Below are positions 9,562-18,390 of a stretch of DNA of 38,856 bases, piece after piece. Origin of the DNA: Myxococcales bacterium. GTDB lineage: Bacteria; Myxococcota_A; Polyangia; Palsa-1104; JAEUJZ01. The stretch lies in contig JAVQWY010000014.1 of the NCBI GenBank assembly GCA_033578775.1, positions 64,001 to 102,856 on the forward strand. The letters are read 5' to 3'. Position 1 is the first letter of the stretch, and every line of letters starts with the position of its first letter. The notes under the pieces are model-generated. The model worked only from the letters and a program-made list of their open reading frames with translations. It had not been told where the DNA came from and searched no databases. The position numbers and the translations under genes were made by a program.

Positions 9562-11259
9562 ATGAAAATCGTTTGCGAAAACTGCGGCACCAAATACTCG
9601 ATCGCGGACGAAAAGGTCAGCGGGAAAGTATTCAAGCTGCGGTGCAAAAAGTGTAGCCATGTCATCGTGGTGCGCGGAACCACCGAGAGCGAGGCGGCGC
9701 ATCAGGAGGCGCCAGCCCCAGCTGCACCCGGGCCAGCGTCGGAGCAGGCGAGCTCAGCCGGCCCGCCCCCCGATGCCGTCTGGCATTTGGTCATCGATCG
9801 GGAGCAGGTCGGCCCGATGACCGCGGCCGAAGTTCGCAACAAATTTGCCAGCGGAGTCATCGACGGCGAGACCTACATCTGGCGCGAGGGGTTTGAGGAC
9901 TGGGTGAAGCTGTCTTCCGTCGCGGAATTTCAGGATCTCGGCGGCGCGCAGCGCGGCAACGGCCAGGAGCAGACCACGCGCCGCTCGGACAGGGCGGACC
10001 TGTTCCGCGACGCTGGTCGGGACGAGGCACCAGCGCCCGGGGCGGACCTGTTCAACCCCCCCATGACCTCGTCGCCCACGGCCGCCACCATCGTGGCCAG
10101 CAGCCCAACATCGTCTGCCAGCGCCCCCTTGCGGTCCCAGCAGCCCCCAGGGGACCTTGTGAGCGCCAGCAGCGGTCCCTCTCCGGCGGTGGACATCCGG
10201 TCGCTCACCGGAGCGCGCAACGAGAACTCCGTTCTCTTCTCGCTCAACAACCTGCAGGCGCTGGCCAGTGGGTCGAGTTCCAGCTCTTCCGGTGGGGCCG
10301 GTGCGCGACCCGGGTATGCAGACTCCCGGACCGAGGGGTCTGGCCTGATTGACATCCGCGCCATGGCAGCGCAGACGCTGTCGGCGAGCAGCAAATTCGG
10401 CACAGCCGGCAGCAAACCGGATGACCTGCCGATGGTCAACGAGGCGCCCCTGTTTTCTCCGGTGGCGCCAGCGATGTTGATGCCAATTCCCGAGCCGCCT
10501 GGCATGCCAAAGTGGGTCTGGGCGGTGGTCGGGGTCGGCGGTGTGATGTTCCTGGCGATGACGGCGGTCATCATCTGGGTGGTGCGCTCATCGCCGCCCC
10601 CAGCGCCGGCGCCACAGCCGACGGTCGTTGTGGCCAGTGGCCCTGGAGGCATGGCACAGCCAGGTTCTGCGCCGACAGGGCAGCCAGCCTCCCCCGGTCC
10701 GACCGCGACCGAGTCTGGGCCAGGCAAGCCCACTGCCAAGGACGAGGGGGCAGTGGCAGAGGCCGAGCGCAAGCGGCGTGCGCGGGAGGCGCGGGACAAG
10801 GAGCGCGAGAAGCCTTCGGCCCCTAAGGAGAAGGAGCCCATCGCCTCCACCACCCCAGTGGCTCCCGCCGTGGAGCCCCCTGCTGAGCGCCGGCAGCCCA
10901 AGCCCAAGCCCAAAGACGATCTCGATGCTCTGCTCGACAGCGCCACGGGAGGGCCGAGCGCCGCTCGTCCCAAGGTCGAGTCGGTGCGGAAGGATGCACC
11001 CGAGCAGCTCAGCATGGACGAGATCAAGAGCGTGCTCAAGGGGGTCAACGCCTCGGTGCAGTCCTGCAGTCAGGGCAACCCCGGGACGTTCATTGTCAAG
11101 ATGACCATCGGCCGCAACGGCCGCGTCACCGACGCTTCCGTCCCGGGCAAGGCCGGTGATCCCACTGCAGATTGCGTGGTGCGCGCTGTCAAGGCCGCTC
11201 GTTTCCCTGAATTCAGTGGTGATCCGCAGTCCCTGAGCTACCCCTTCATCCTGCGATAG
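9562..11259 (+). CDS. MJ0042-type zinc-ribbon / GYF(DUF4339)-like membrane protein with Pro/Ser-rich linker and TonB-C-like C-terminal domain
   Basis: N-terminus MKIVCENCGTKYSIADEKV...KLRCKKCSHVIVV has the double CxxC. WHLVIDREQVGPMTAAEVRNKFASGVIDGETYIWREGFEDWVKLSSV is GYF-like. There is one TM (VWAVVGVGGVMFLAMTAVIIWVV) and a low-complexity P/A/S region. C-terminus FIVKMTIGRNGRVTDASV...CVVRAVKAARFPEF resembles a TonB C-terminal fold. Confidence 0.65.
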   Translation: MKIVCENCGTKYSIADEKVSGKVFKLRCKKCSHVIVVRGTTESEAAHQEAPAPAAPGPASEQASSAGPPPDAVWHLVIDREQVGPMTAAEVRNKFASGVIDGETYIWREGFEDWVKLSSVAEFQDLGGAQRGNGQEQTTRRSDRADLFRDAGRDEAPAPGADLFNPPMTSSPTAATIVASSPTSSASAPLRSQQPPGDLVSASSGPSPAVDIRSLTGARNENSVLFSLNNLQALASGSSSSSSGGAGARPGYADSRTEGSGLIDIRAMAAQTLSASSKFGTAGSKPDDLPMVNEAPLFSPVAPAMLMPIPEPPGMPKWVWAVVGVGGVMFLAMTAVIIWVVRSSPPPAPAPQPTVVVASGPGGMAQPGSAPTGQPASPGPTATESGPGKPTAKDEGAVAEAERKRRAREARDKEREKPSAPKEKEPIASTTPVAPAVEPPAERRQPKPKPKDDLDALLDSATGGPSAARPKVESVRKDAPEQLSMDEIKSVLKGVNASVQSCSQGNPGTFIVKMTIGRNGRVTDASVPGKAGDPTADCVVRAVKAARFPEFSGDPQSLSYPFILR

Positions 11260-12107
11260 CGGCGCCACGGCAGGAAGTGCAGAAACCCAGGCTCACACCG
11301 GATACCGACGAGTTGTCCCTTCATCCTACGATAGCGACGCCATCCCAACCCTGCCAGTGCGAGGAGCCCCATCAGGCCTGCCCCTGCCAGCAGGAGCAGA
11401 CGATGCGGCACCAGCGAAGGCGGCGCCCGCTCGAGAAAGCGCACTGTGATCGAGCGGTCCGACAGCGACGACGACGGCGGACCATAGAAACGAAACGTCG
11501 TGATGCGCTGCGGCTGCTCCGGTCGCGGTGCTCCCTGACAGGACTCGATCAGCTCTATACCCGGCCCCGGCTCGACGAGGATTTCGATCTCACCTGCCGG
11601 CGCAAGCCCGACGCGATCTTCATAGCGAAGCTCCTGCACCTGTCCAGATGCCACGCGCACCGAGGCAGATGTATCGACCGAAAGCGCGGCCGGGGCGACG
11701 GCATCGCCGGCAAGCCCGATCGTGGGCTCTGCAAAATGGAGCGCCACGGGCTGGCCGTTTGCCTCCAGCCGGAGTCCGGCCCTGGCCTCCCCTAGGAGCT
11801 GCCGCGCCAGGGCAGCCCCCTCGGCCTCACTGAGGCGTCCGTCGCCATCGCGATCGGCCCCCCGGCGCAGGTTGAACGCCGGGATGTCACCCACCATGAT
11901 GGTATAGGTGAGCCGCACCTGCCCACGTGGCATGAGCGCCAGCCTGCTGTATCGGTTCACCACGGAGAGGGTAAACTGCGGATGCCCTGGTGCCGGAGCC
12001 GCACCGCCAAGAATAACCAGGGCCATGGTCAGGGCAGCGCGCCATGAACAGGGCACCATGCCGCGCAGGTAACACGAGGACTGCCCCATGGCAAGCACCC
12101 GGTGCAT
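11238..12107 (-). CDS. secreted EF-hand (DxDxDG) protein with C-terminal TM anchor; probable start at 12057
   Basis: Signal peptide MVPCSWRAALTMALVILGGAAPAPG. EF-hand loop DRDGDGRLSEAE. C-terminal TM LLLLAGAGLMGLLALAGLGW followed by an RRYRRMKG tail that appears twice because of the DNA repeat. The 3' end overlaps the convergent zinc-ribbon gene by 22 bp. Confidence 0.45.
   Translation of the reverse strand: MHRVLAMGQSSCYLRGMVPCSWRAALTMALVILGGAAPAPGHPQFTLSVVNRYSRLALMPRGQVRLTYTIMVGDIPAFNLRRGADRDGDGRLSEAEGAALARQLLGEARAGLRLEANGQPVALHFAEPTIGLAGDAVAPAALSVDTSASVRVASGQVQELRYEDRVGLAPAGEIEILVEPGPGIELIESCQGAPRPEQPQRITTFRFYGPPSSSLSDRSITVRFLERAPPSLVPHRLLLLAGAGLMGLLALAGLGWRRYRRMKGQLVGIRCEPGFLHFLPWRRYRRMKG
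11241..11346. repeat. imperfect ~30-bp direct repeat (period 76 bp) spanning the stop codon of the zinc-ribbon gene
   Basis: ccccttcatcctgcgatagcggcgccacgg (11241-11270) versus tcccttcatcctacgatagcgacgccatcc (11317-11346). Confidence 0.7.
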
Positions 12108-12227
12108 CCGCGCGCTCGCCGCCCTGGCTTATCGCGGGAAGCGCCTCTGGTTTCCGCGGCTCGCTGCAGGATGCATAGCTGGGGAAGCCATTGCGACGGC
12201 TGCCGCCCCATCGTATGGTAGGGCGCT

Positions 12228-13037
12228 GTGTCCATCCTTCCCGTGCACGCCGCTGGCTTTTCCGCCACCTTCCGCCTGCGCGAACTGTCTTCCGCCCTGC
12301 AAGGGGCTGACCTGACCATCGACAAGGACCTGATGCTGGCTCGCTTCCCTAGACGGGACGGGCTGGAACCGGTGGTGCTGGTCTTCGACTTTGGCGCTTT
12401 GGTCTGTGCGGGGCTCGACCCCGAGGAGCGAGAGCGTCTCATCAGCGCCGTGTCATCCCGCCTACCGCCAGAGCCCCACGCTCCCCTGACCGAAGACTTT
12501 CTCGTGGAGGTCCGCCCCGGCGCCCAGGTGGAGGTGCTCTTCGACCGGGTGGTGGTGCCCGAGGCCAACCTGCCCGTGCTGCGCATCGTCGGGCTGCTCC
12601 TGGCCCAGTCGGTGGCCCTGGACTACTATGAGGAAGATGTGCGCGACATCCTGGAGCGGACCGACGCGATCGTGACCTCCCTGCAGGCAACAGGACGTCT
12701 GCCCGGGCGGAGCCAGGACCTGGTCAGGTTCATCGGCTCGTGCATGGCCACGCGAAACGCCGTGATCGCCAAGCTGGCGCTGTTCGACAAGCCGGACCTA
12801 GCCTGGGAGCATCCCCAGATCGACCGGCTGTTCAATGGCCTCCGCCTCGAACTGGAGATCGCCGACCGGTACCGCGCGCTGGAGGCCAAGCTCCGAATGA
12901 TCCAGGAAAACCTCGTCCTGCTGGCCGATTTGTCACAGCAGCGCAGCACGTGGCGGGTGGAGATGGCCATCGTGCTGCTTATTTTGTTCGAGGTCGGCAT
13001 CATGCTGTGGCAAACGTGGCGCGGGGCAGCACACTAG
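12228..13037 (+). CDS. hypothetical protein with C-terminal TM helix (possibly DUF155/RMD1-like)
   Basis: 269 aa. C-terminal TM is MAIVLLILFEVGIMLW. No catalytic motif recognised. Confidence 0.4.
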   Translation: MSILPVHAAGFSATFRLRELSSALQGADLTIDKDLMLARFPRRDGLEPVVLVFDFGALVCAGLDPEERERLISAVSSRLPPEPHAPLTEDFLVEVRPGAQVEVLFDRVVVPEANLPVLRIVGLLLAQSVALDYYEEDVRDILERTDAIVTSLQATGRLPGRSQDLVRFIGSCMATRNAVIAKLALFDKPDLAWEHPQIDRLFNGLRLELEIADRYRALEAKLRMIQENLVLLADLSQQRSTWRVEMAIVLLILFEVGIMLWQTWRGAAH

Positions 13038-13039
13038 CG

Positions 13040-13750
13040 ATGGGTCGTCCGCCTCTGGTCGATGTGATCATCCCGGCGCTCGATGAAGAGCAGGCGCTGC
13101 CGCTGGTGCTGCGCGACTTGCGGGCGCAGCCATGGCCTCTGCGTCACATCGTGGTGGTCGACAACGGTTCGACAGATCGGACCGCAGAGGTGGCAGAGGC
13201 AGCCGGGGCAGTGGTCCTCAAGGAGCCACAGCGTGGCTATGGTGCTGCCTGCCTACGGGGTCTGCGTTTCCTGTCCCAGCTGTCGTTGCCCCCGGATGTC
13301 GTTGTGTTTCTGGACGGTGACTACTCCGACGACCCAGCCGAGGTCGCCTGGCTCCTGGATGCCATCGAGGCGGGCGCCGACCTGGCCATCGGCTCGCGGG
13401 TGCTCGGTCGGGCAGAGCCGGGGTCGCTCACACCCCAGCAGCGGATCGGCAACATCCTGGCCACCACGCTCATTCGGCTGGTCTACGGACAGCGCTACAC
13501 CGACCTAGGGCCCATGCGGGCCATACGCTATCCGGCCCTGTGTGCCCTGGCCATGCGCGACACCGGATATGGCTGGACGGTGGAGATGCAGGTCAAGGCC
13601 GTACGTCTGGGCCTGCGGGTGGTCGAGGTCCCGGTATCCTACCGGCGGCGTCGCGGCGGGGCATCGAAGGTTTCGGGCACGCTGCGCGGCACGCTGGGGG
13701 CAGGCTATAAGATTCTCTATACTGTTCTCCGCCACGCAACCGCCCGGTAG
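13040..13750 (+). CDS. family 2 glycosyltransferase (dolichyl-phosphate-mannose-synthase-like)
   Basis: VDVIIPALDEE...IVVVDNGSTDRT...VVFLDGDYSDDP...DLAIGSR are the GT2 DxD/DXD motifs. The ATG at 13040 lies 2 bp after the upstream stop; the longer 12740 ORF was rejected. Confidence 0.8.
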   Translation: MGRPPLVDVIIPALDEEQALPLVLRDLRAQPWPLRHIVVVDNGSTDRTAEVAEAAGAVVLKEPQRGYGAACLRGLRFLSQLSLPPDVVVFLDGDYSDDPAEVAWLLDAIEAGADLAIGSRVLGRAEPGSLTPQQRIGNILATTLIRLVYGQRYTDLGPMRAIRYPALCALAMRDTGYGWTVEMQVKAVRLGLRVVEVPVSYRRRRGGASKVSGTLRGTLGAGYKILYTVLRHATAR

Positions 13751-13816
13751 ACCCCCGGCCTCGCCCATCATCGGTGGAACCGACCGGACGCATTACAATG
13801 CGGCGCTCCTGGTTCC

Positions 13817-16039
13817 ATGAATCACTGCTGTCCACGGCGCCGCCTTGGGTGGACCGCCCTCGCGCTGATGCTGGCGCCCCTGTGCGCTCGCGCCGACGCC
13901 CGGCCCACGGCCCGTGCTTCCTTCACCCGAGTCCCCCCGCGCATCGACGGGCTGCTGGACGATGAGGCATGGCGCAACGCGACGCCCTACGGCGGCTTCG
14001 TCGAGCGCCGGCCGCTGCTTGGGGCCCGTCCGCCCGAGGAGACGACATTTTATGTACTATACGACACCGAGGCGCTCTACTTTGGCATCCGCTGCATCGA
14101 CAGCGAGCCGAGCAAGGTCCGCGGCCGGTCGGTCCAGCGCGACAGCTTCGCTCTCTTTTCCGATGATGCCATCAGCATCAAGCTGGATCCGCTCGGCGAC
14201 CGCCGCACCACGCTCGGCTTTGCTCTGTCGGCCTCTGGGGCTCAGCTGGACTACCGGGGCATCAACGAGTCCGAGTTCCGCGTCGAGTTCGACGCCGTCT
14301 GGCAGGCTGCAGCGCGCCGCACCCCCTTTGGCTGGTCGGCCGAGTTGCGCATCCCGCTGTCCTCGCTTGGCATCGACCCCCGTGCGCCGCCGGCCCGCAT
14401 TGGCCTCAACCTGAGCCGCGACCACAGCCGTCGCAACGCCACCTATGACTGGTCGCTGCTGCGGCCGCCCTTTGGCCCCATCGCCGCCAGCCTGTACGGC
14501 GATCTGCTGGGTCTGGACGAGCTGCCGCGGCACCTGTCCGGTCGCCCCCGGGCGCTGTCGGGCCTGAGCCTGGCCATTGTGCCCTACGCTCTGCTCGGCT
14601 TCCGCCTGCTGCCGCAGCACCCCCAGGATGTCGCCACTGCAGGCCTGGACGCTCGCCTGGACCGGGGCGAGGTGCTGAGCCTGCACCTGTCGCTCAACAC
14701 CGACTTTGCCCAGGTGGACCTGGACGACCAGCGCATCAACCTGGGCCGCTTCGGGCTGTTTTTTCCCGAGAAACGGGACTTTTTTCTACGCGACCTGGAG
14801 CTGTTCACGTTTGGACGGCCGCAGGAGGCTCAGCTTCTTCAGACGCGCCGCATTGGCCTGCGCGGCTTCGACGTGCTGCCGCTGCTGGACGGTCTGAAGC
14901 TGCTGGGGAGGCTGCGGCGCTGGCTGCGGCTGGGCCTGTTGCAGGCCGTCACCCTGCCTGCCGCCGGCACGCCCTACACGCTGTATCTGGTGGGACGGGC
15001 CCAGGCGGAGCTAGGCGGCGGCTCCAATCTGGGCGTGATGGTGACGCACCGGCAGTCCCTGCAGGATCGCGACGACCGCAACCTGGTCCTCGGCATGGAT
15101 GGCGCCTGGCGCAGCACGGGCGGACTGCTCCTGCAGGCTTTTGCTCTGCTCAGTCTCACCGGTCCACGGGCCGCCCCGCCCGAGGAGGCCGCCGGAGGGG
15201 AGGGCAGGGGGGCCCATGCAGACCAGTTCGCCCCGGGGCTGGGCGCCGAGGCCAGCTTCCGCGGCCTGCTGCTGCGGCCCCAGCTCCGCTACGCCTACTA
15301 TCACCCGGCGCTGCGCGCTGACCTCGGCTTCTTCCGTCGCGTCGGCGTGCACGATGGCAGCGCTAGCCTGGCGATAGAGCCGCGCTTTCAGCGCCGTGGC
15401 GTGGAGCGGCTCAGCATCGCCGCCGGCGGTGGGGTCGTTGCCACTGCAGACGGCACGCAGCTGCTTGACTGGCACGCCGGCGCCCGCGCCGACCTGCACT
15501 GGATCATGGGGTTTGCCCTGAGCATGAGCGGCGAGAGGGTAGAGGAAACCGTGCAGGCGCCCTTTTCGGTCGGTCCCATTCAGATCCGAGCGGGCCGCTA
15601 TGGCATGAACCTGTTCCGCGCCGCAGGCTCTACCCCTGCGGTCTGGTCCGTCAGCGGGTCGGTGTCCACCGAGTACCGCGATTACTATGGTGGTCAGCTG
15701 CTCGGCCTCCAGCTCGGTCTGCAGACGCGGCCGCTGTCGCTGCTACGGGCCGAGGCCGGGGTGGAGCTGAGCCGGATCTGGTTTGCTGACCCTCGCGAAA
15801 GCCTCCATACCGGCGTTCTCAACGGGCGTGTGGCGCTCGGCTTCACCCCACAGCTGGGCCTCGACCTGTTTCTTGGCTGGAACAGCGTTGCCGACCTGGT
15901 TCGCCTACAGGGACGGCTGCGCTTCCGCTATGCCGAGGGCAGCGATCTCTTCGTGGTCTATCAGCACGATCTGTCGGCAGGCGGGACAAGCCGCTTTCAG
16001 ACCTTGCTCGTCAAGGTCACCGTGCGCTGGCCGCAGTAG
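13817..16039 (+). CDS. DUF5916 / carbohydrate-binding family 9-like domain protein (secreted, probable OM-associated)
   Basis: Signal peptide. FTRVPPRIDGLLDDEAWRNATPYGGF...FYVLYDTEALYFGIRCIDSEPSKV...RDSFALFSDDAISIKLDPLGDRRT matches the CBM9-like N-terminus of DUF5916 proteins. Confidence 0.6.
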   Translation: MNHCCPRRRLGWTALALMLAPLCARADARPTARASFTRVPPRIDGLLDDEAWRNATPYGGFVERRPLLGARPPEETTFYVLYDTEALYFGIRCIDSEPSKVRGRSVQRDSFALFSDDAISIKLDPLGDRRTTLGFALSASGAQLDYRGINESEFRVEFDAVWQAAARRTPFGWSAELRIPLSSLGIDPRAPPARIGLNLSRDHSRRNATYDWSLLRPPFGPIAASLYGDLLGLDELPRHLSGRPRALSGLSLAIVPYALLGFRLLPQHPQDVATAGLDARLDRGEVLSLHLSLNTDFAQVDLDDQRINLGRFGLFFPEKRDFFLRDLELFTFGRPQEAQLLQTRRIGLRGFDVLPLLDGLKLLGRLRRWLRLGLLQAVTLPAAGTPYTLYLVGRAQAELGGGSNLGVMVTHRQSLQDRDDRNLVLGMDGAWRSTGGLLLQAFALLSLTGPRAAPPEEAAGGEGRGAHADQFAPGLGAEASFRGLLLRPQLRYAYYHPALRADLGFFRRVGVHDGSASLAIEPRFQRRGVERLSIAAGGGVVATADGTQLLDWHAGARADLHWIMGFALSMSGERVEETVQAPFSVGPIQIRAGRYGMNLFRAAGSTPAVWSVSGSVSTEYRDYYGGQLLGLQLGLQTRPLSLLRAEAGVELSRIWFADPRESLHTGVLNGRVALGFTPQLGLDLFLGWNSVADLVRLQGRLRFRYAEGSDLFVVYQHDLSAGGTSRFQTLLVKVTVRWPQ

Positions 16040-16215
16040 CTTCGCCCTTCCCTTCGCCCTGGCCGTCCTCCTCCTTCCGCCCTACAGGGCTGCCAGGGCT
16101 GCATTTAATTTAAAGCAATAGCCACCGCGCTGCGAGGCGGGACAGCCTTTGCTCTGGCCTTCTTCCTTGCCGTGCTGCGTGGTCGGGTAGCGACCGCAGG
16201 CTGGATGTGCTCGCG

Positions 16216-17316
16216 CTACAGATACAGCACCGACTCGACTTCCTTCATGGCCCGAACTCGTGCCTGGACGGCCGCGGAGTCGCCGCTGTGCATGCGCTCG
16301 GTCTCTGCCAGCACCTCCCCCAGCGGCCACAGCGTCACGTGGTGGTCGTAGGCGCAGACGCTACGAGCCTGGCCGGGCCCGGCCCAGCCCACCATAAACT
16401 GGGTGTGTCCGTCGCGCAACGCGCGCATCGCTGCTGCTGCCAAACGCGCTGCGAGCAAGCGATCAAAGGCGCTGGGTGCGCCGCCGCGCACCACATGCCC
16501 GAGCACGGTGACGCGCGTGTCCACTTCCATGCCGCGGGCTCGGATGCGCTCGTCCACCATGTGCTTGAGTCGTTGCGAGTCAAGCCGCACCCCCTCGCTC
16601 TTGATCACCAACACATGCCGCCGTCCGCCCTGACGTGCATAGGCCGCCTCGATGGCCCGCATCACCTGGTCGACAATCTCATCGTCGCTTTGCTTGCCCT
16701 CGCGGAACAGCACGGCATCAGCTGCGGCGGCGATGCCTGCAGCCATCGCCAGGTAGCCGCAGTCGCGTCCCATGACCTCGATAATAAAGGTCCGTTGGTG
16801 AGACAAGGCTGTGTCGGCAATGCGGTCGCAGGCCTCGACGATGGTATTCATGGCCGTGTCCACGCCGATGGCCAGGGTGGTACACCCGATGTCGTTGTCG
16901 ATGGAGGCAGGCACGCCGCCCACGCGCAGCTCGTTCCCATCGGCGCCAGGGGTCCCAGCCAGGGCGTGCGCTCCGGCCAGCGAGCCGTTTCCGCCAAAGA
17001 CCAGGAGCCCAGCCAGCCGCGCTGCTGCAATGGCCTCCCGCGCTCGCGCTTGCCCCTGCGGCGTGGGAAACTCCTTGGAGCGCGCGCTGCCCAACAGGGT
17101 CCCGCCACGCCGGCAGGCCTCATCGAGTGCGCGCATGTCCAGAGCCCGCAGCCGCCCCTCCATCAGTCCGCGGTAGCCGTCCTCCACGCCCAGCACTTCC
17201 AAGCCCAGGGCAGTGCCTACCTTGGCTGCTGCGCGCAGACCGGCGTTCATGCCAGGCGCATCGCCGCCCGAGGTGAGCAGCGCCACCCGATCGCCCGGAC
17301 GCAGGGGGACAGGCAT
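16216..17316 (-). CDS. pfkA: ATP-dependent 6-phosphofructokinase
   Basis: MPVPLRPGDRVALLTSGGDAPGMNAGLRAA...GGDGSL...MGRDCGYLA. GGAGG RBS is 6 nt upstream of the ATG at 17314-17316. Confidence 0.9.
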   Translation of the reverse strand: MPVPLRPGDRVALLTSGGDAPGMNAGLRAAAKVGTALGLEVLGVEDGYRGLMEGRLRALDMRALDEACRRGGTLLGSARSKEFPTPQGQARAREAIAAARLAGLLVFGGNGSLAGAHALAGTPGADGNELRVGGVPASIDNDIGCTTLAIGVDTAMNTIVEACDRIADTALSHQRTFIIEVMGRDCGYLAMAAGIAAAADAVLFREGKQSDDEIVDQVMRAIEAAYARQGGRRHVLVIKSEGVRLDSQRLKHMVDERIRARGMEVDTRVTVLGHVVRGGAPSAFDRLLAARLAAAAMRALRDGHTQFMVGWAGPGQARSVCAYDHHVTLWPLGEVLAETERMHSGDSAAVQARVRAMKEVESVLYL

Positions 17317-17345
17317 GAAAACCTCCTTGTAGCTAATTATACTTC

Positions 17346-18166
17346 TTATACTTCGCACCCTCGTCCCAGCTCCGCCACCAGCTGTGGATCGCACAGCGCG
17401 CGCAGCTCCTCCTCGAAGCGATAACGCCGCGCCCAGTGGTACCGCGCACGCAGCGCCGCGACCTCGTCGGTAAGCACTGCCGGGTGCACCATGACCTCGA
17501 CGGTTAGGCCATCGGCCCCTCGCAGCAGCGCCCGCAGCCGCCGGGCGTCCAGCGCGCCGCTGTCAGCAAACCCAACAAAGCGGTCAGCAAACCGAAGCCC
17601 AGCGGCCCGGACCCGCTGCCGGGCAGCCAGCGACAAGGCCGACAGCGCCAGCCACCCGGGGCCGCGCAGCAGGGTGCGGGCGTGCGGCCGTTCCAGCGGC
17701 AGGCGCAGGTAGGGCACCCGGTAGCGCACCGCCAGCGAGATGGCCACCTCCAGCAGCGGTGGCAGCAGATGGACATGCTTGTGCGAGTCGAGGTGGCTAA
17801 GCTGTAAGCGGGCGTCCAGCGCCCGCTCGATCTGCGCCCTCCACTCGGCGCGCACGGCCTCGCTGTCGAGCCGCCCGGCGAGCCAGAGCCGCAGCAGCGC
17901 CCCCGGTCCCTCGTGAAAGGACCCGTCCGGACGGCACAGCGCCCCCAGGCGGGCGGGTGGCAGCAGCGGCCGGCCCTCGCACAGGGTCAAATGCACCCCA
18001 ACGCCCAGACGCGGACAGCGCCGGGCCACAGCCACCGCACCGTCAAATGCTGCGCCGTTGCACAGCAGCGATGCCCGGCGTAAAATGCCCTGCAGGTGGG
18101 CGCGCTCCACGGCCTGGTTGTGCCCCTTGGTCCAGCCGAAGTCGTCGGCGTTGACAAGAAGGTCCA
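17346..18166 (-). CDS. YdjC/ChbG/HpnK-family carbohydrate deacetylase-like protein
   Basis: LVNADDFG and SHLDSHKHVH motifs. TTG start at 18164-18166 with a GGGAGG RBS. The ORF tool's upstream extension was rejected. Confidence 0.7.
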
Positions 18167-18390
18167 ACGCTGCCTCCCTGGCTTTGGTCCGGGGTGAGGG
18201 TAGTTGTAGGCTTGGGGGCCGGTCAAGGCGATTGGCGGCCCGAGCGGTCAGCCTGTGGACAGCGACCCAAGAAATTCTCTGCCCCCTTTTCCATGCCTCT
18301 GGGGGGCGCCTCATCCGGCGGTCAAAGCGGCGGAGGGCAGAGCACTGAAGGCCTCCCCGCCGTCTGCAGGCCTCCCACCCTCATGGGCCG

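Noticed and set aside
12740-13039. N-terminal 100-aa extension of the glycosyltransferase ORF
   Set aside because: It overlaps the preceding gene in another frame and is Arg/Pro-rich. The GT2 domain starts at ATG 13040, 2 bp after the upstream stop.
16207-17424. 405-aa plus-strand ORF antisense to pfkA
   Set aside because: His/Gln/Ala-rich antisense translation. The pfkA frame has complete PFK motifs and a GGAGG RBS.
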